Source of the DNA: Octopus vulgaris | Taxonomy: Eukaryota | Length of the DNA: 64,000 bases | Assembly (NCBI GenBank): GCA_951406725.2 | Contig: OX597830.1 | Span: 53,692,001-53,756,000, forward strand | Direction: 5' to 3' | Shown: one piece after another, positions 51,688 to 64,000 of the stretch | Layout: every line of letters begins with the position of its first letter | Position numbering within the stretch: the first letter of the stretch is position 1 | The notes under the pieces: generated by a model | Told to the model about the DNA's origin: nothing | Databases searched by the model: none | What the model saw: only the letters and a program-made list of their open reading frames with translations | Translations under genes and position numbers: made by a program

Positions 51688-54099
51688 TTAAACCATCACA
51701 TGATGTCAACACTTGGGTACATATGTGTGGATGCACATACACACATTTGTGCCACAGGCTTCTTTGAGTTTTTGTCTTACAATCCACTCACATAGTTTTA
51801 GTTGGCTTAAGGCTATAATAGAAGACACTTGCCCAAGTGTGGAACTGAACCCAAGACCACATGGTTGGGAAGCAAGCTTTTCAACCACACAGCTATGCTT
51901 GTATTAATATAATACATAGATTAAAAATAATGCAAAAAGAAAAACAAAACAATATAAAGTAAAGAAAATATGTAAAATAAAAAAAATAAGCCAAACCAAT
52001 CAAATCCCCACACTGTGTCGACAATTTTAGAATTTAGTATCTCCGATGGAATTCTTGGAAGATCAATGAGTTATATCGTAATTGTAGTATGACTAGCATC
52101 GCCTGACAATCAATAAATAAGAAAACTTGGAAATGTGAGAGGAAGAAGAATTTAACATTGCTATGGAACTGATTTTCTGTGAATGATAGGATTGATAGAG
52201 CGAAGACAGAATGCCTTGTGGTATTTGTTATTTCTTGTGTTGTGTTGTCATTTCAAATCCCTTCCTGTGTAAATAAAATAAAGAACCTGTCAACTATAGA
52301 TGGAGTGGTAATATCAACTAAACCCTAACTCTCTCCTACAATTTTGTGGGTTTAAAGAATAAATTCATTTTTAGAAATAGCAATTTTATTAGCTCTGTAT
52401 AAAATTGTTATTTGGCAATGAATCTGTGTAAGGATTTTTACAGGATGGACAGGACGAAAGGTAAACTTGCTGTTATGGAGATCTGAACTCAGTGCAAAGA
52501 CCCAGAACAAATATAGCTAAGCATTTTCTCCCCCTAACACTCTAATGATTCTGGCTGCTCTTATTAATAATGGTTTCTGATCTAGGTACAAGGCCTGCAC
52601 TTTTAAGGGTAGGTAGTTAGTTGAATCTAATGATCACAGGACTCAACTAGTACTTTATTTTATCAACCCCAAAAAGATGAAAGGCAAAGTTGTCCACAGT
52701 GTCATTTGAACTCAGAACATGAGCTGGAACAAATACCGTGAGGCATTTTGTCTGATGCTCTAACAATTCCGCCAGCTCACTGACTTTCAAATAATAATGA
52801 TATCCTGTTTAATGCTAGTGATACAATAAAATACATTCAGTGTTATTTACATTTGACAGATATTTGTCCTCATCTTGTTTGTTGTCTACTCACTTTCAGT
52901 CATGATGTTATGGGGCAAAAATATTGAGCAAGATGCCTCGAGGTAGGACCGAACCCAGGCCCTCAAGATTACAAAATAAACATCTGAACTACTTGGCCAC
53001 ATCTGATTGTGAGTTCAGATCTTGTTCAGGATGCTCAATCATTGTCAGTGTTTGTTGCTATTTTGCTGCAAGGCAACCCTGATGAAATAGATTTATGACG
53101 AAATATATTCCAACCATGCCCATCCTGTCTATGTTGTTCAACATGGTGTGCTCCAGAATGCATTATTTACTGTGACTCTTTTTCAAGACATTAGAGTGTG
53201 ATTGACAGAGATTTGGCTGCTGTTTCTAGCAGGTAAATTAACACTGTACTTCCTCTTGTTGTATGTTTTCAGTTGCAGTCTCAATACTTCAGTCGCCTCT
53301 TTCTCTTCTAGTTTCTGGGAAAGTGATGGGGGGCATGGAGGGAGATGATAGTTCAGCTGACGATCATCTGGGAATATTTACAGGAAATAGATTGTCATAT
53401 AGTGTGTGTGTATGTAGGTAGATTAATAACTGTGTGTGTGTGTGTGTGTGTATGTGCGTGCGGTAAATTAGTATCTCCCATCAGATCAGTTCCTTCAGAC
53501 TGAACCTAAACACCAACTCCTTATCAACCTGTTTGAGGTTACCGATAGAGTAACCTACATTTATTTATATCTGGTAGTCAGAATTCCGTTTGATGAGGGT
53601 GACGGTGATCACACACAAACACAAACACACATACACATGCATATACATACACACACACATACACTTGCATATACATACACACACATATACACATGCATAT
53701 ATATATATACATATATACATACATGCATGTATATACACATACATGAATACATACATGCATGTGTATGTGCATGCACATGTGCATACAAACATGTAGATAA
53801 CTTTTCATGGTAAGAAATATTTATACATACACTATGAAGCGATACAATTTGTTTTATTTATCTATAAACACCTCAACTGTGTATATCTTAGTATCTTACT
53901 TATTTGTAATATATATTTTACAGATGAGTTGTTTACATCCATCTATACATGCACTGTTAGCTAAATATCTGTTAACATATTCTATATCTAAAGTACAGTG
54001 TGTATGTATATATATATATACATACATACATTCATTCATTCATACATACACATGTACACACACACAGTCATGTCTCATTCTAATATGCTAAAATTTTAA

Positions 54100-54321
54100 C
54101 CCTTTCGTTTCTGTATTTATTTCGAGATGCTCTGTGTTTCTTTCAATTAATTTTAAATATAACAAAGAATTTAGTAAAATAACTTAGTTATCATTAAGCT
54201 AGTGTTAGGAACGTAAATTGTGTCTAAGGTTTGGTGGAAGATTTTAATTTAAAACTTATGAAAACAAAACATGTGTATTACAAAGCCAGAGGCGGTTTCA
54301 GCCAGGTTGGTAATGAAAGGG
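54100..54321. mobile_element. piggyBac-type MITE family 1
   Basis: TTAA|CCCTTTCGTT...AATGAAAGGG|TTAA; both ends resemble those of 12672-14134. Confidence 0.88.
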
Positions 54322-55074
54322 TTAATCTTTCAAGTTACAATCTGAAGAAACTACTAAATGGCAAGCCTGTTTAATGTGTACCATCTTTGTCATTGTTTTA
54401 ATGTTCTACTTTACCATTCTTGTAGGGTCTGATAGAATTTGTGGCATATTTTCGACAGCTGGATATCCTCCCTGCCACCTTTTCTAGTTTCAAGCAAAGA
54501 AATATTTTCCCCATGGCCAGTCGTGACAGAGATGCTCATTTGCAATCACCACATGGTGTCAAGAAATGAATACACACATACACATATATATATAATGGGT
54601 TCCTTTCAGTTTCTGTCTAACTTCACTCCAAGGCATTGAGTAGCTTGAGGCTAATGTAGACACTTGCCCAAAACTACATCATTGGGAAGCAAGCTTCTTA
54701 ACCACACGGGATAAACAAACAAGAGAAACAGCACTCAATACATAAGAGAGAGTAAATACTTTTTATTTTTTTTAATTAGCAGAAAGTTACAAAAGTGACT
54801 CAAGGACCGAGAGTCTCATGCATGTCACTTATGTATGTGTGTGTGTTTGTGATCATCATAATTTAACGTCCACTTTCCATGCTAGCATGGGTTGGACGAT
54901 TTGACTGAGGACTGGCGAACCAGATGGCTGCGCCAGGCTCCAATCTTGATTTGGCAGAGTTTCTACAGCTGGATGCTCTTCCTAATGCCAACCACTCCGA
55001 GAGTGTAGTGGGTGCTTTTAAAGTGCCACTGGCACGAGAGCCAGTCTGGTGGTACTGGCAATGCTCGAAAATGG

Positions 55075-55437
55075 AAACACAAGCATAGAAATTGTTTCCC
55101 AACCATGTGATCTTGGGTTCAGTCTCACTATGCAGCACCTTGAGCAAGTGTCGTCTTCTATAGCCTTGGGTTGACCTTGTGAATGGATTCGGTACATGGA
55201 AACTAAAGGATGCCTATCATATACGTGTGTGTGTGTGTGTAGCCTTATCTCAACATCACATGATAGTTGTAAATGTGCAGTTATCAGTGAAAAAAAAATG
55301 CCCGACTATGGAAGTATTACTTTACTTGGAACCAAGTGAGGGTTGATGGCAGGAAGGGCATCAGGCTGTAGAAAAATCTGCCTCAGCAAATTCTGTTTGA
55401 CCCCTCCAAGCATGGAACAGTGGACACTAAAATGATG
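55075..55437 (+). mobile_element. SINE B with RTE-like tail (B2)
   Basis: GGGTTCAGTC..CCTTGAGCAAGTG head, (TG)n, then GGAAGGGCATCAGGCTGTAGAAA..CAAGCATGGAA..GGACACTAAAATGATG. Confidence 0.78.
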
Positions 55438-55440
55438 AAT

Positions 55441-55503
<63 letters not shown>

Positions 55504-55507
<4 letters not shown>

Positions 55508-55948
55508 CTTCGATCACCTCTGTCTATGCTGCATCCTTCATGTCTGATGGCATCACTTTTTCTCCAACAATTCGGTGCGACACCAGTGCAGAATCGCCTC
55601 CCTCCAACAAGTCATCCTAATGAGACGTCTGCGTTGGCTGGGTCATGCCCTCCGTCGTCAACCAGGAGAATTCATTTATGAAGCAATTGCCCCAGCTTCC
55701 CTTCAGGGTTGGCGAAAGCGATGTGGTGGACAACGAAAAACCTGGCTGATGACAGTCAAGGCTGATCTGGAACCCAACCCAGGCCCCCATATCTACGGCG
55801 TTTGCCGCTGGAATAAGGAGTGGTTGGAGATCACGCTGTCGTTAGCCTCAAATCGCCAGGTCTGGTCGGCATTTGTGAGAGATGCAGCATTGAGGATGAA
55901 TGAAGCCAGCTCAACCCACCCCGGGTGAATGATGTCTCAAGTCAAGTC
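55504..55948 (+). mobile_element. 3' end of a second RTE-clade LINE lineage, inserted in (CA)n
   Basis: RRLRWLGHALRR..WRKRCGGQRKTWLMTVKADLE..GPHIYGVCRWNKEW..NRQVWSAFVRD..THPG*, then a (CAAGT)n tail. Confidence 0.85.
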
Positions 55949-56223
55949 ACACACACGTTGTGTGTGTACATGCATCTATAATACACACGTGCATGACTGT
56001 GTGTATACATATCCATAGCGGTTGTTAAAAAGTGATGTTTAAATCTCCGTTGTGTTGGACCTGATTCTCGTTAAGATTGATTGTGTAATCAATGTTGATG
56101 TTTATTTATGATAAAACAATGTTTAGTGAAAACATTCAGAGGCTGTACAGCAACGAGAGAAACATTGGGCTTTTGTTATTTTGGGTTTGGTTCAGGAGTG
56201 AACTTGATTCTTTTCTACCTGTG

Positions 56224-56259
56224 TACCACCACTACCCCTACCACCACCACCACCACCAT

Positions 56260-56307
<48 letters not shown>

Positions 56308-56332
56308 CACCACCACCACCACCACCACCACC

Positions 56333-56379
<47 letters not shown>

Positions 56380-56540
56380 CATTACTACTGCTACTACTAC
56401 CACCACCACCACCACCACTACTACTACTAGCACCATCACTATCAACATCATCTCTATGACTACTGTCATCAACAGCAGCACATTTATCATCAGCACTCCA
56501 ACTACGACGACCACCACCACACCACTACTACTACTACCAC
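56224..56540. repeat. (CAC)n/(TAC)n trinucleotide microsatellite
   Basis: Direct inspection. Confidence 0.95.
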
Positions 56541-57368
56541 TATTTTTATGAACACCACCACAATAGCAATGATACTGTTATCACTAACCCACCACCACCA
56601 CCTCCACCTGAAGAATATGAACAACAGCAGCAATTCACATCATCAAACAAGCATAGGGGACTCTCAGATCACACCCTACTGTCTTTCGAAATAAGGAAGG
56701 ACACATTATATAATGTAGTGTTGGGTATATATTGCCTGAAAAAAAATATTATAGATGACAGACACTGCTTGAATGCCTTTGATTTGAGCTGACCTGGGGC
56801 TAAGCGGCATTAGTAGTATCACCATCATCACTACCAATATTCCTTTCTACTCTAGGCACAAGGCCCGAAATCTTTGGGGAGGTGGGGGGAGGGGCAGTCG
56901 ATTAGATTGACCCCAGTACTCAACTGGTACTTAATTTATCGACCCCAAAAGGATGAAAGGCAAAATAGACCTCTTGTTGTACTATGCTCAAACTGTACCA
57001 AGTCCTGACTGTCACCATGTACCATGGCAATTCACTACTGTAAGTCAAACTGTGTAATATTGTGAACAAGACAAAAATTTGGCATACATGGAATAACAGA
57101 CCTGTGGATCAACCCTAGTCATTCAGTCACCTGTCTATGTGGCATTGGTCTGCTAGATCACAGCTCACCCAATTTTACACAACACTACCATGACCAGCAC
57201 CACCTATTACTTTACTGTTAAATACGAATGATTGGCAATGAAATGAATCACGAGTTTTATCCGAATGTTTGTGTGTCAGTGTGTCCTGTGTTTGTGTTAT
57301 AAAGTATATTTTGAAGCAGAATGGTTGTAACACTAAAGTATTCATGTACTGACAAGTTGTGGACTTGA

Positions 57369-57601
57369 TAAGGCGGCGAGCTGGCAGAAATGTTAGCACA
57401 CCAGGCGAAATGCATAGCCGTATTTCGTCTGCCATTACGTTCTGAGTTCAAATTCCGCTGAGGTCGACTTTGCCTTTCATCCTTTCGGGGTCGATAAATT
57501 AAGTACCAGTTACACACTGGGGTCGATGTTATCAACTTAATCCCTTTGTCTGTCCTTGTTTGTCCCCTGTATGTTTAGCCCCTTGCGGGCAATAAAGAAG
57601 T
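57369..57601 (+). mobile_element. SINE A (tail A1) with 15-bp TSD
   Basis: AAGTTGTGGACTTGA at 57354-57368 and 57602-57616. Confidence 0.93.
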
Positions 57602-58205
57602 AAGTTGTGGACTTGAGCATGGTATCAACATAATACCTATTCTGAATGAAAAACGAGCAGGCCACATTCTGAATGAAAAACAATAACAACAAAAGTAAGG
57701 TACATTCCTTTACTTCAAGACTGAATGGTTTGTGGCAGGGAGAGGTATTCATTCATCCATAAAAAAAACCCAATTCTGCTCCCACAAATCCATCATCCCA
57801 TTGTCAGATAAATTTATAAAACATTGATTTAAAATATTAAACACACACACACACCTCTCTCTCTCTCTTCCCATAACTTCAGATTCTTTTCACAAACCCC
57901 TTTTGTATGACATGTCAGTATGTTGAACATCTGTTGTCTATGACACAATTAGAAACAAGAATTGCTGTCTTTGAAGTTTGATATTCTTTGTTTGTTATTG
58001 TTTACGTGTGCAGCAGATGCACAAGAAGTAACTTTGCCTCTTACGCCAACAAAAGCAGCAGAAATGAGGTTGCTTAACTTACTACAAAATAGCAGTTAAA
58101 ATCTTCCTTGAATCATACTCTTACCTTTTGAAACCTGTTCTATTCCAACCCTGCAATAAGACTGCTTTATAGTTCTGCTCAATATATTTTGCAGAGGATA
58201 TATGT

Positions 58206-58269
<64 letters not shown>

Positions 58270-59893
58270 GGAGGAGTAGAGGGAGAGGGTGCAGGGAAAG
58301 AGAGTGAGGGAGAGCTGTCATGTCCTGAACAAGGCTAAAAGGCCTTCATAACCCTACAAGCAGAGACAACATACGGTCAAGAGAAACCTTTAGTAATGCC
58401 AAGAAAATGACACCTTCTCTAGTGCTGATAGCATGATAAAATGTACCCAGTAATACCATGCAAAGTGGGTGGTGTTGGGAAGGTCCTCCAATCATAGAAA
58501 CCATGCCAAAAATGGAATTTAAGAGTTAGATTTAGTCCTCCAATTCATCCAAGAGAGCAGTATCTAACCTATACCAGCATGAAAGGAGCACTCCTTTTTC
58601 ATTTGTACAATATTAAGCAGTGTATCTACAGAAGATACACATGCTAGCAAGAAAACAACTTATTGTGTTGAACAAAAATACAATACTTTTGTGGTATTTT
58701 TCTTTCTGTCTTACACGATTACTTCCTTGTTACTATAGCCATCAAAAACAATGAACCAGCAATTGGCCTGTTGGAAATCTATGACCAATGACATGATGGT
58801 TCATAAAATAGTTATGATATTGATGGTAATAATGATGATGATGATATAGCAGTGTTGATTGTCATATTGATAATGGTACTGATGGTGCTGTTAGTGATGA
58901 TGATGATGATGATGATGATGGTGAGAGTGATGGTGATGACAACGATCCCTTAATAATCCTGTAGGAATTAATGTCTTTGATTAATGACTGGATTATTTCT
59001 TTTATCCCTCTTTACTGGATCATCTCATTGGAAATCTAAACTGTTGGTTGTCATATGTATTTGTGTGTGTGTGTGTGTATGTGTGTGGTGATTGTGGGCT
59101 CTCATTAGTTTGAATTGCAATTAACTGAATAAACTAAAAATATAAAAACAAAGAACTCAATACCAAGAGGTGGAGTAAATTGACATTATTTATTATTCAG
59201 TGTTGGTAGTTGTTATGCAGTTTCTCCTTATCCATTCAAGCAACTCAGAAAATGAAACTGATTAATGACTTGTGCCAAAATTTGAAACCATATTAGTTGG
59301 TGAATTGGTAAAAATTGTTACAGTCGTATTTATTCTGGCACTTTACATTGTGACTTGAAATTTCACTGTCATCTTTGCCTTTCAACTTTGCAGGGTTGAT
59401 AGAACAAAGCCCAGGATGGTGGGTTGTCTAAATTATCGGAAGCATTGAACAAACTGTGTTTTGGTAGTTATTCTGGCTCTTTTACATTCTGAGTTCAAAT
59501 CTCACCGAGGTAACCTTTGCCCTTCATCTTTTGCTATTATCAATCCCTGGACATTACTGTCTTGAGTTTTAGGACTCGGCTGATTACTCGGTTCCCATGG
59601 CATGTAAGTGACAAAGAGAACAATATTTTCACTGAATGGTGGACCAGTTTATTCAAGGGTTACTCATTTGTAGCTGACCTGACTGGAGCAATGTACAATG
59701 AAGTGATTTACTCGTGAACACAATGCAATGCCCTGTCTAGGAATCGAAACCTCAATCTTGCAATTGCGAGTGCAGCACTCTAATTATTAGGTCATACCTT
59801 CATCCTTCCGAAGTTGATAAGATAATGTCCAGGGCGGTGTGTTTTCTAAATCATCAGTGTTGGACAAAGTATGTTGTGGTATTTATTCTGAAT

Positions 59894-60089
59894 AAATAAA
59901 GGCGGCGAGCTGGCAGAAACATTAGCACGCCGGGTGAAATGCTTAGCAGTATTTCGCCTGCCATTACGTTCTGAGTTCAAATTCCGCTGAGGTCAACTTT
60001 ACCTTTCATCTGTACGGGGTCGATATAATCAACTTAATCTGTTTGTCTGTCCTCTCTGGGTTTAGCCCCTTGTGGGTAGTAAAGAAATA
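59894..60089 (+). mobile_element. SINE A (tail A1, core deletion) nested in an old SINE A unit
   Basis: 16-bp TSD GGTATTTATTCTGAAT at 59878-59893 and 60090-60105. Confidence 0.9.
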
Positions 60090-60299
60090 GGTATTTATTC
60101 TGAATCTTTACATTCTGAGTTCAAATCCCACAGAAGTCATCTTTGCCCTTCATCCTTCCTACGTCGATAAAATAATGACCCATCCAGAATGATAGGTTGC
60201 CTGAATTGTCAAAACATTGGTCAAAGTGTGTTGTGGTATTCATTCTGGGTCTTTATGTTCTGAATTCAAATGTTGAAGATGTAGTGAACTTGACTGTAT

Positions 60300-61020
60300 T
60301 TAGCCTAGCCAACAAAATGGTGGCTTGTAAAAAATTGCAGAAAGAAGGTAACAGAGGGAATAGCCTTTGTATACTGTCTTAGTGTTTGCCACCAAAACAA
60401 GTGAAGGGATGTTCATTAACTTGATTGATGCCAAAAATATTAGTGATATTTCTGGCAGCTAATTAATCTGAGATGTTTTCAAGCAGACACACTTGCACCT
60501 TCCTTGTCATAATTTGGATTACATAATGCCTATATCTCTGTAAGAATATGGTTACACCTTCAGAAGACCATTCACTTGACTTCATATTGTAAAACTGCCT
60601 TTGTTTGCTTTTACTGGTGATACGACCATTTTAAGTGTTGTTGGCATGTCAAAGACAGCTAACCAATTCTAGAACTGCATTGGTGGTAGAAGTAGCTCTA
60701 AAAATCAATAATTTAAAAGCCAAGTAATAATTGTTGATCACTTGAATTCTTTGAAAACACACACACAAACCAATTTAAGAACTTAACTGCTTATTGTCAC
60801 AGATTCTTATCTTGGATGTGTTGGCAGAGAACGTTTGGACAAATGCACTAATTAGCAGCATAGACAGTAACATGATTTAAACTTTACTTTATTTACAAAC
60901 GTCTGGTTAGTGATACAAATAAACTGCTACTTTTCAAAGCATATATTGAAACAGTTCTGTTCCAAAGGTGTGACACTTGGACAGTAACAGAAACACTAAC
61001 CGAAAGAAATTAATGCTAGG
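60300..61020 (+). mobile_element. Highly decayed RTE-like LINE RT fragment
   Basis: QADTLAP..LDYIM, a decayed FADD (FTGD), and KLLLFKAYIETVLFQRCDTWTVTETL. Confidence 0.6.
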
Positions 61021-61050
61021 CAAAAATGAATGTCCATCTCTTATATATGG

Positions 61051-61230
61051 CATTTCATCTGTCGTTACGTTCTGAGTTCAAATTCCGCTGAGGTCGACTT
61101 TGCCTTTCATCCTTTCGGGGTCGATAAATAAAGTACCAGTTTCGCACTGGGGTTGATGTAATCGACTTAATCCCTTTGTCTGTCCTTGTTTGTCCCCTCT
61201 ATGTTTAGCCCCTTGTGGGCAGTAAAGAAA
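61051..61230 (+). mobile_element. 5'-truncated SINE A (tail A1)
   Basis: Body plus tail; TATATATGG duplicated on both sides. Confidence 0.85.
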
Positions 61231-61828
61231 TATATATATATGGTGGTCTGTTCCTTATAGAAATAGGTCAACAAGATCTGACTAGCCTTAAGGCAGTATT
61301 GGTCACCAATGTCTGCTTTGGTTTTTATCACTGCATGCCCCTTGCTAATACCAACCACTTTACAGTATGTACTGGGTGCTTTTTTTTGTTTTTGTGCCAC
61401 CAGCACTAGTAACTTGCAAGACAGGAAAAGGAAAAAGGCCTCCTCAACTAAGTAGGGTGGAAGATGGGTGTGTTTGAAACAAGGGAGAGGCAGTTTTGTG
61501 TTAGGGGCAAGCAGAGGTGTATTGCAATAGAGAAGATGCATGGCTGTCTTGCATTACATAAGGGTAGGTGGAAATAACTAGGAAGAAAATAAAGGTGGTA
61601 GTGATGAGGTGCCACAGCAAACCCTGTGAGCAAGTGATGACTGGTCAGTGGATCGGTAGGTGATGATGTTCAACAGCTGTTTCATATATTAATATATTGG
61701 TATCTTCAAGAGCATGTGTTTATAAGTGTGTGTGTGTGTGTGTGTTTTAAAGGGCATATGCTTATAAGGGGAAGTGTACAGGTGTGTTAAATGCATGAGT
61801 GATTGTGTGCATATATATATGCACATAT

Positions 61829-62062
61829 TAAGGTGGCGAGCTGGCAGAAACGTTAGCACGCCGGGCGAAATGCGTAGCCGTATTTCGTCTGCCGTTACGT
61901 TCTGAGTTCAAATTCCGCCGAGGTTGACTTTGCCTTTCATCCTTTCGGGGTCGATAAATTAAGTACCAGTTACGCACTGGGGGTCAATGGAATCGACTTA
62001 ATCCCTTTGTCTGTCCTTGTTTGTCCCCTCTGTGTTTAGCCCCTTGTGGGTAGTAAAGAAAT
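61829..62062 (+). mobile_element. SINE A (tail A1), full length, near consensus
   Basis: TSD ATATATATATGCACA at 61811-61825 and 62063-62077. Confidence 0.93.
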
Positions 62063-62073
62063 ATATATATATG

Positions 62074-62126
<53 letters not shown>

Positions 62127-62131
62127 ATATA

Positions 62132-62675
62132 TAGGGTTATTCCATAAATAATGTGGGTTTTTTTATACTTCTTTTACTTTTCAAAATTAAGATAAAGTTC
62201 TTTTTTAATCTAAAATATATTCTTCCTCATTTTCTACAATGCTCTTTCATCAATCTGGTAGTCTTGCAAGACCCCTCTTCAAAAATTCACTTGTCTGTGA
62301 CGGAAAATACTCCTCCAATACTGTTTTGACTTTGTCTACAGAATTCATGTTTTTTCTGTCCAAATGATTTTGAAGATTGCAGAATAAAGGATAATCAGAT
62401 GGAGCAATGTCTGGTGAATATCATGGGTGGGGTTTCATTTCCCATTTAAACTGCTCCAGCCTTCGGAATGTGATCCTCACTGTATGTGGCCAAGCATTAT
62501 CCTGATGGAAGAACATCTTTTATTTTGAAACCAAAGATGGTGGCTTTTCTTCTAGTGTTGACTTAAGCCACTCAAACTGCTTGCAGTAGATTTCCTTTGT
62601 TATCATTTAGTTGGGGTTTAAAAGTTCAAAGTGGACTAAACCTTTCATATCCCACCAAACAGATAACAAAACCAT
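62132..62675 (-). mobile_element. mariner (DD34D) transposase C-terminal remnant with 3' TIR
   Basis: VWWDMKGLVHFEL..FHQDNAWPHT..HP*YSPDIAPSDYPLF..GLARLPD..ENEEEYILD*; terminus beside TA. Confidence 0.92.
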
Positions 62676-62881
62676 ATTTTAGCCTGGGGTGCTGGACTAC
62701 AAGCCCTGGGATAGGTGGTGCGTAGTCAGTTTCATGTCAGGGGATGTGGGAAATACTATGTGAGAGCAGGGCAGAACAGGTCCCTGCAGAGGGATCTGCA
62801 TGGCTACTCACATCTTGTATGTAAAAAAAAATGGATAGGGAGAAGAGAAAATGACCAGTAGGAGCTGCAAGACAGATAATG

Positions 62882-62931
62882 GTGCCCAGATGGCCCCACA
62901 AGGCACAAGTCTTGTGGGGTCATCTGGGCAC
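62882..62931 (+). other. 23-bp GC-rich hairpin with 4-nt loop
   Basis: GTGCCCAGATGGCCCCACAAGGC-ACAA-GTCTTGTGGGGTCATCTGGGCAC: 21 Watson-Crick pairs plus 2 G-U pairs. Confidence 0.85.
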
Positions 62932-63268
62932 TTTGACTTGCTAACAACACACATCCACAAGAAGTGGATGGTTTGTAAGATGGAGTGGGGAGTGCAGACT
63001 GCAAAAGGGGTGGGATTGGACGACCTTCTTTCAATTTCATCTATCAGGTCCAGTCATAAAGCTTTGGTCAACTTGGGTCCTTAGTAGTAGACACTTGCTG
63101 AAGGTGCTACACAGTGGAACTGAACCTGTAATTGTGTAGGTGGAAAGAAAACTTCTTAACCAGACAGCCATGCCAGCAGTTTTGCCAGGAACAACATAGG
63201 TACGGGTATGGGCATATTAAAGGAAGTGGTTATATATAGATGTAAGTTAAAGGGTGTGTTTGTGTGTA

Positions 63269-63300
<32 letters not shown>

Positions 63301-64000
63301 ATGTATTAAAAGGAGTGTGGAATATATAACACACATGGATGTGTTAATGAGTGTATATATATTTTGGGTGTGTGTATGTGTGCATTTGATTGTCATAGCA
63401 ACAATAAAGCACACTAGTAGGTGTATATAGAAACACTTCAGAGTTGAAGAGTAATAACTAAGTGGACAGAGTGGTGGTGGTGGTGGTGGTGGTCATGGCA
63501 GTATTGTCTTTTAATTACTTCCAAGCTGTAGCTTCAAACCTACTCTAAGTAGTTTGATATGTTTGTGGGCAGAGCATAAGTTTTGAAGGACTATTAAACT
63601 TATCTTTGCATTTAGCTGATGTTGAGGCTTTCAGCTGTTGCTGGATGAAAGCCCCAACATCCCATCGCTAGTTGCACACTTAACTGTCTACAGTGCCCAA
63701 TTATGGACTGGATGAAGTTCTCCAGTGGTCAGGTGATTGATTACTCCTGTTATTGGCATTGGTTTTAGAGGTGAATTATTTTAAAAAGTGTTTTCCTGGG
63801 CACAAACATGGTTGTGTGACTAAGAAGTTTATCTTTAAAGCTGTATGGTCCTATGTTCAAGGTTCAATCCCACTTCTTCCCACTTGGGTTTGATCCTACT
63901 GCATGACACTTAGACAGACAAGGATCTTCTACTGTAACTTTGAGAATCTTTGTAGATGGAAAACTATATGGAAGCTTGTTAGAGAGATAATTCTTGTTTT

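Noticed and set aside
56092-56551. Poly-Thr mucin-like or poly-His/Tyr ORFs
   Set aside because: Trinucleotide microsatellite with no supporting splice or codon evidence.
58119-58165. 26-nt minus-strand micro-exon with AG/GTAAGA
   Set aside because: Overlaps a decayed dispersed repeat (AAATAGCAG..AAATCT..AATCA) seen many times in the window.
61829-61920. tRNA gene
   Set aside because: A and B boxes belong to a SINE head; there is no complete cloverleaf, and it continues into core and tail with a TSD.

Overview
AT-rich eukaryotic DNA, probably intronic or intergenic, made almost entirely of repeats. The repeat families look like those of octopus/coleoid cephalopod genomes (inference, not a database result). 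I can support no intact host protein-coding gene, rRNA, true tRNA or CRISPR array, and the long ORFs in the track are microsatellite artefacts. The window holds: many tRNA-derived SINEs (my families A, B, C); decayed RTE LINEs (several lineages); a Tx1/L1 3' end; a Penelope-like RT/GIY-YIG remnant; a Gypsy pol remnant; two Tc1/mariner remnants; an internally deleted piggyBac with two families of TTAA MITEs; a complete non-autonomous Helitron; a MULE-type MITE; and large (TA/TG)n tracts. Most interesting signal: a modular SINE/LINE system in which two SINE heads each occur with two alternative 3' tails. Two of those tails match LINE 3' ends present in this window (Tx1/L1 and RTE), and one SINE repeatedly inserts into its own head. 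Also notable are a piggyBac insertion with asymmetric TTAT/TTAA flanks, degenerate hammerhead ribozymes and two long hairpins. Coordinates were read by eye; fuzzy ends are approximate.
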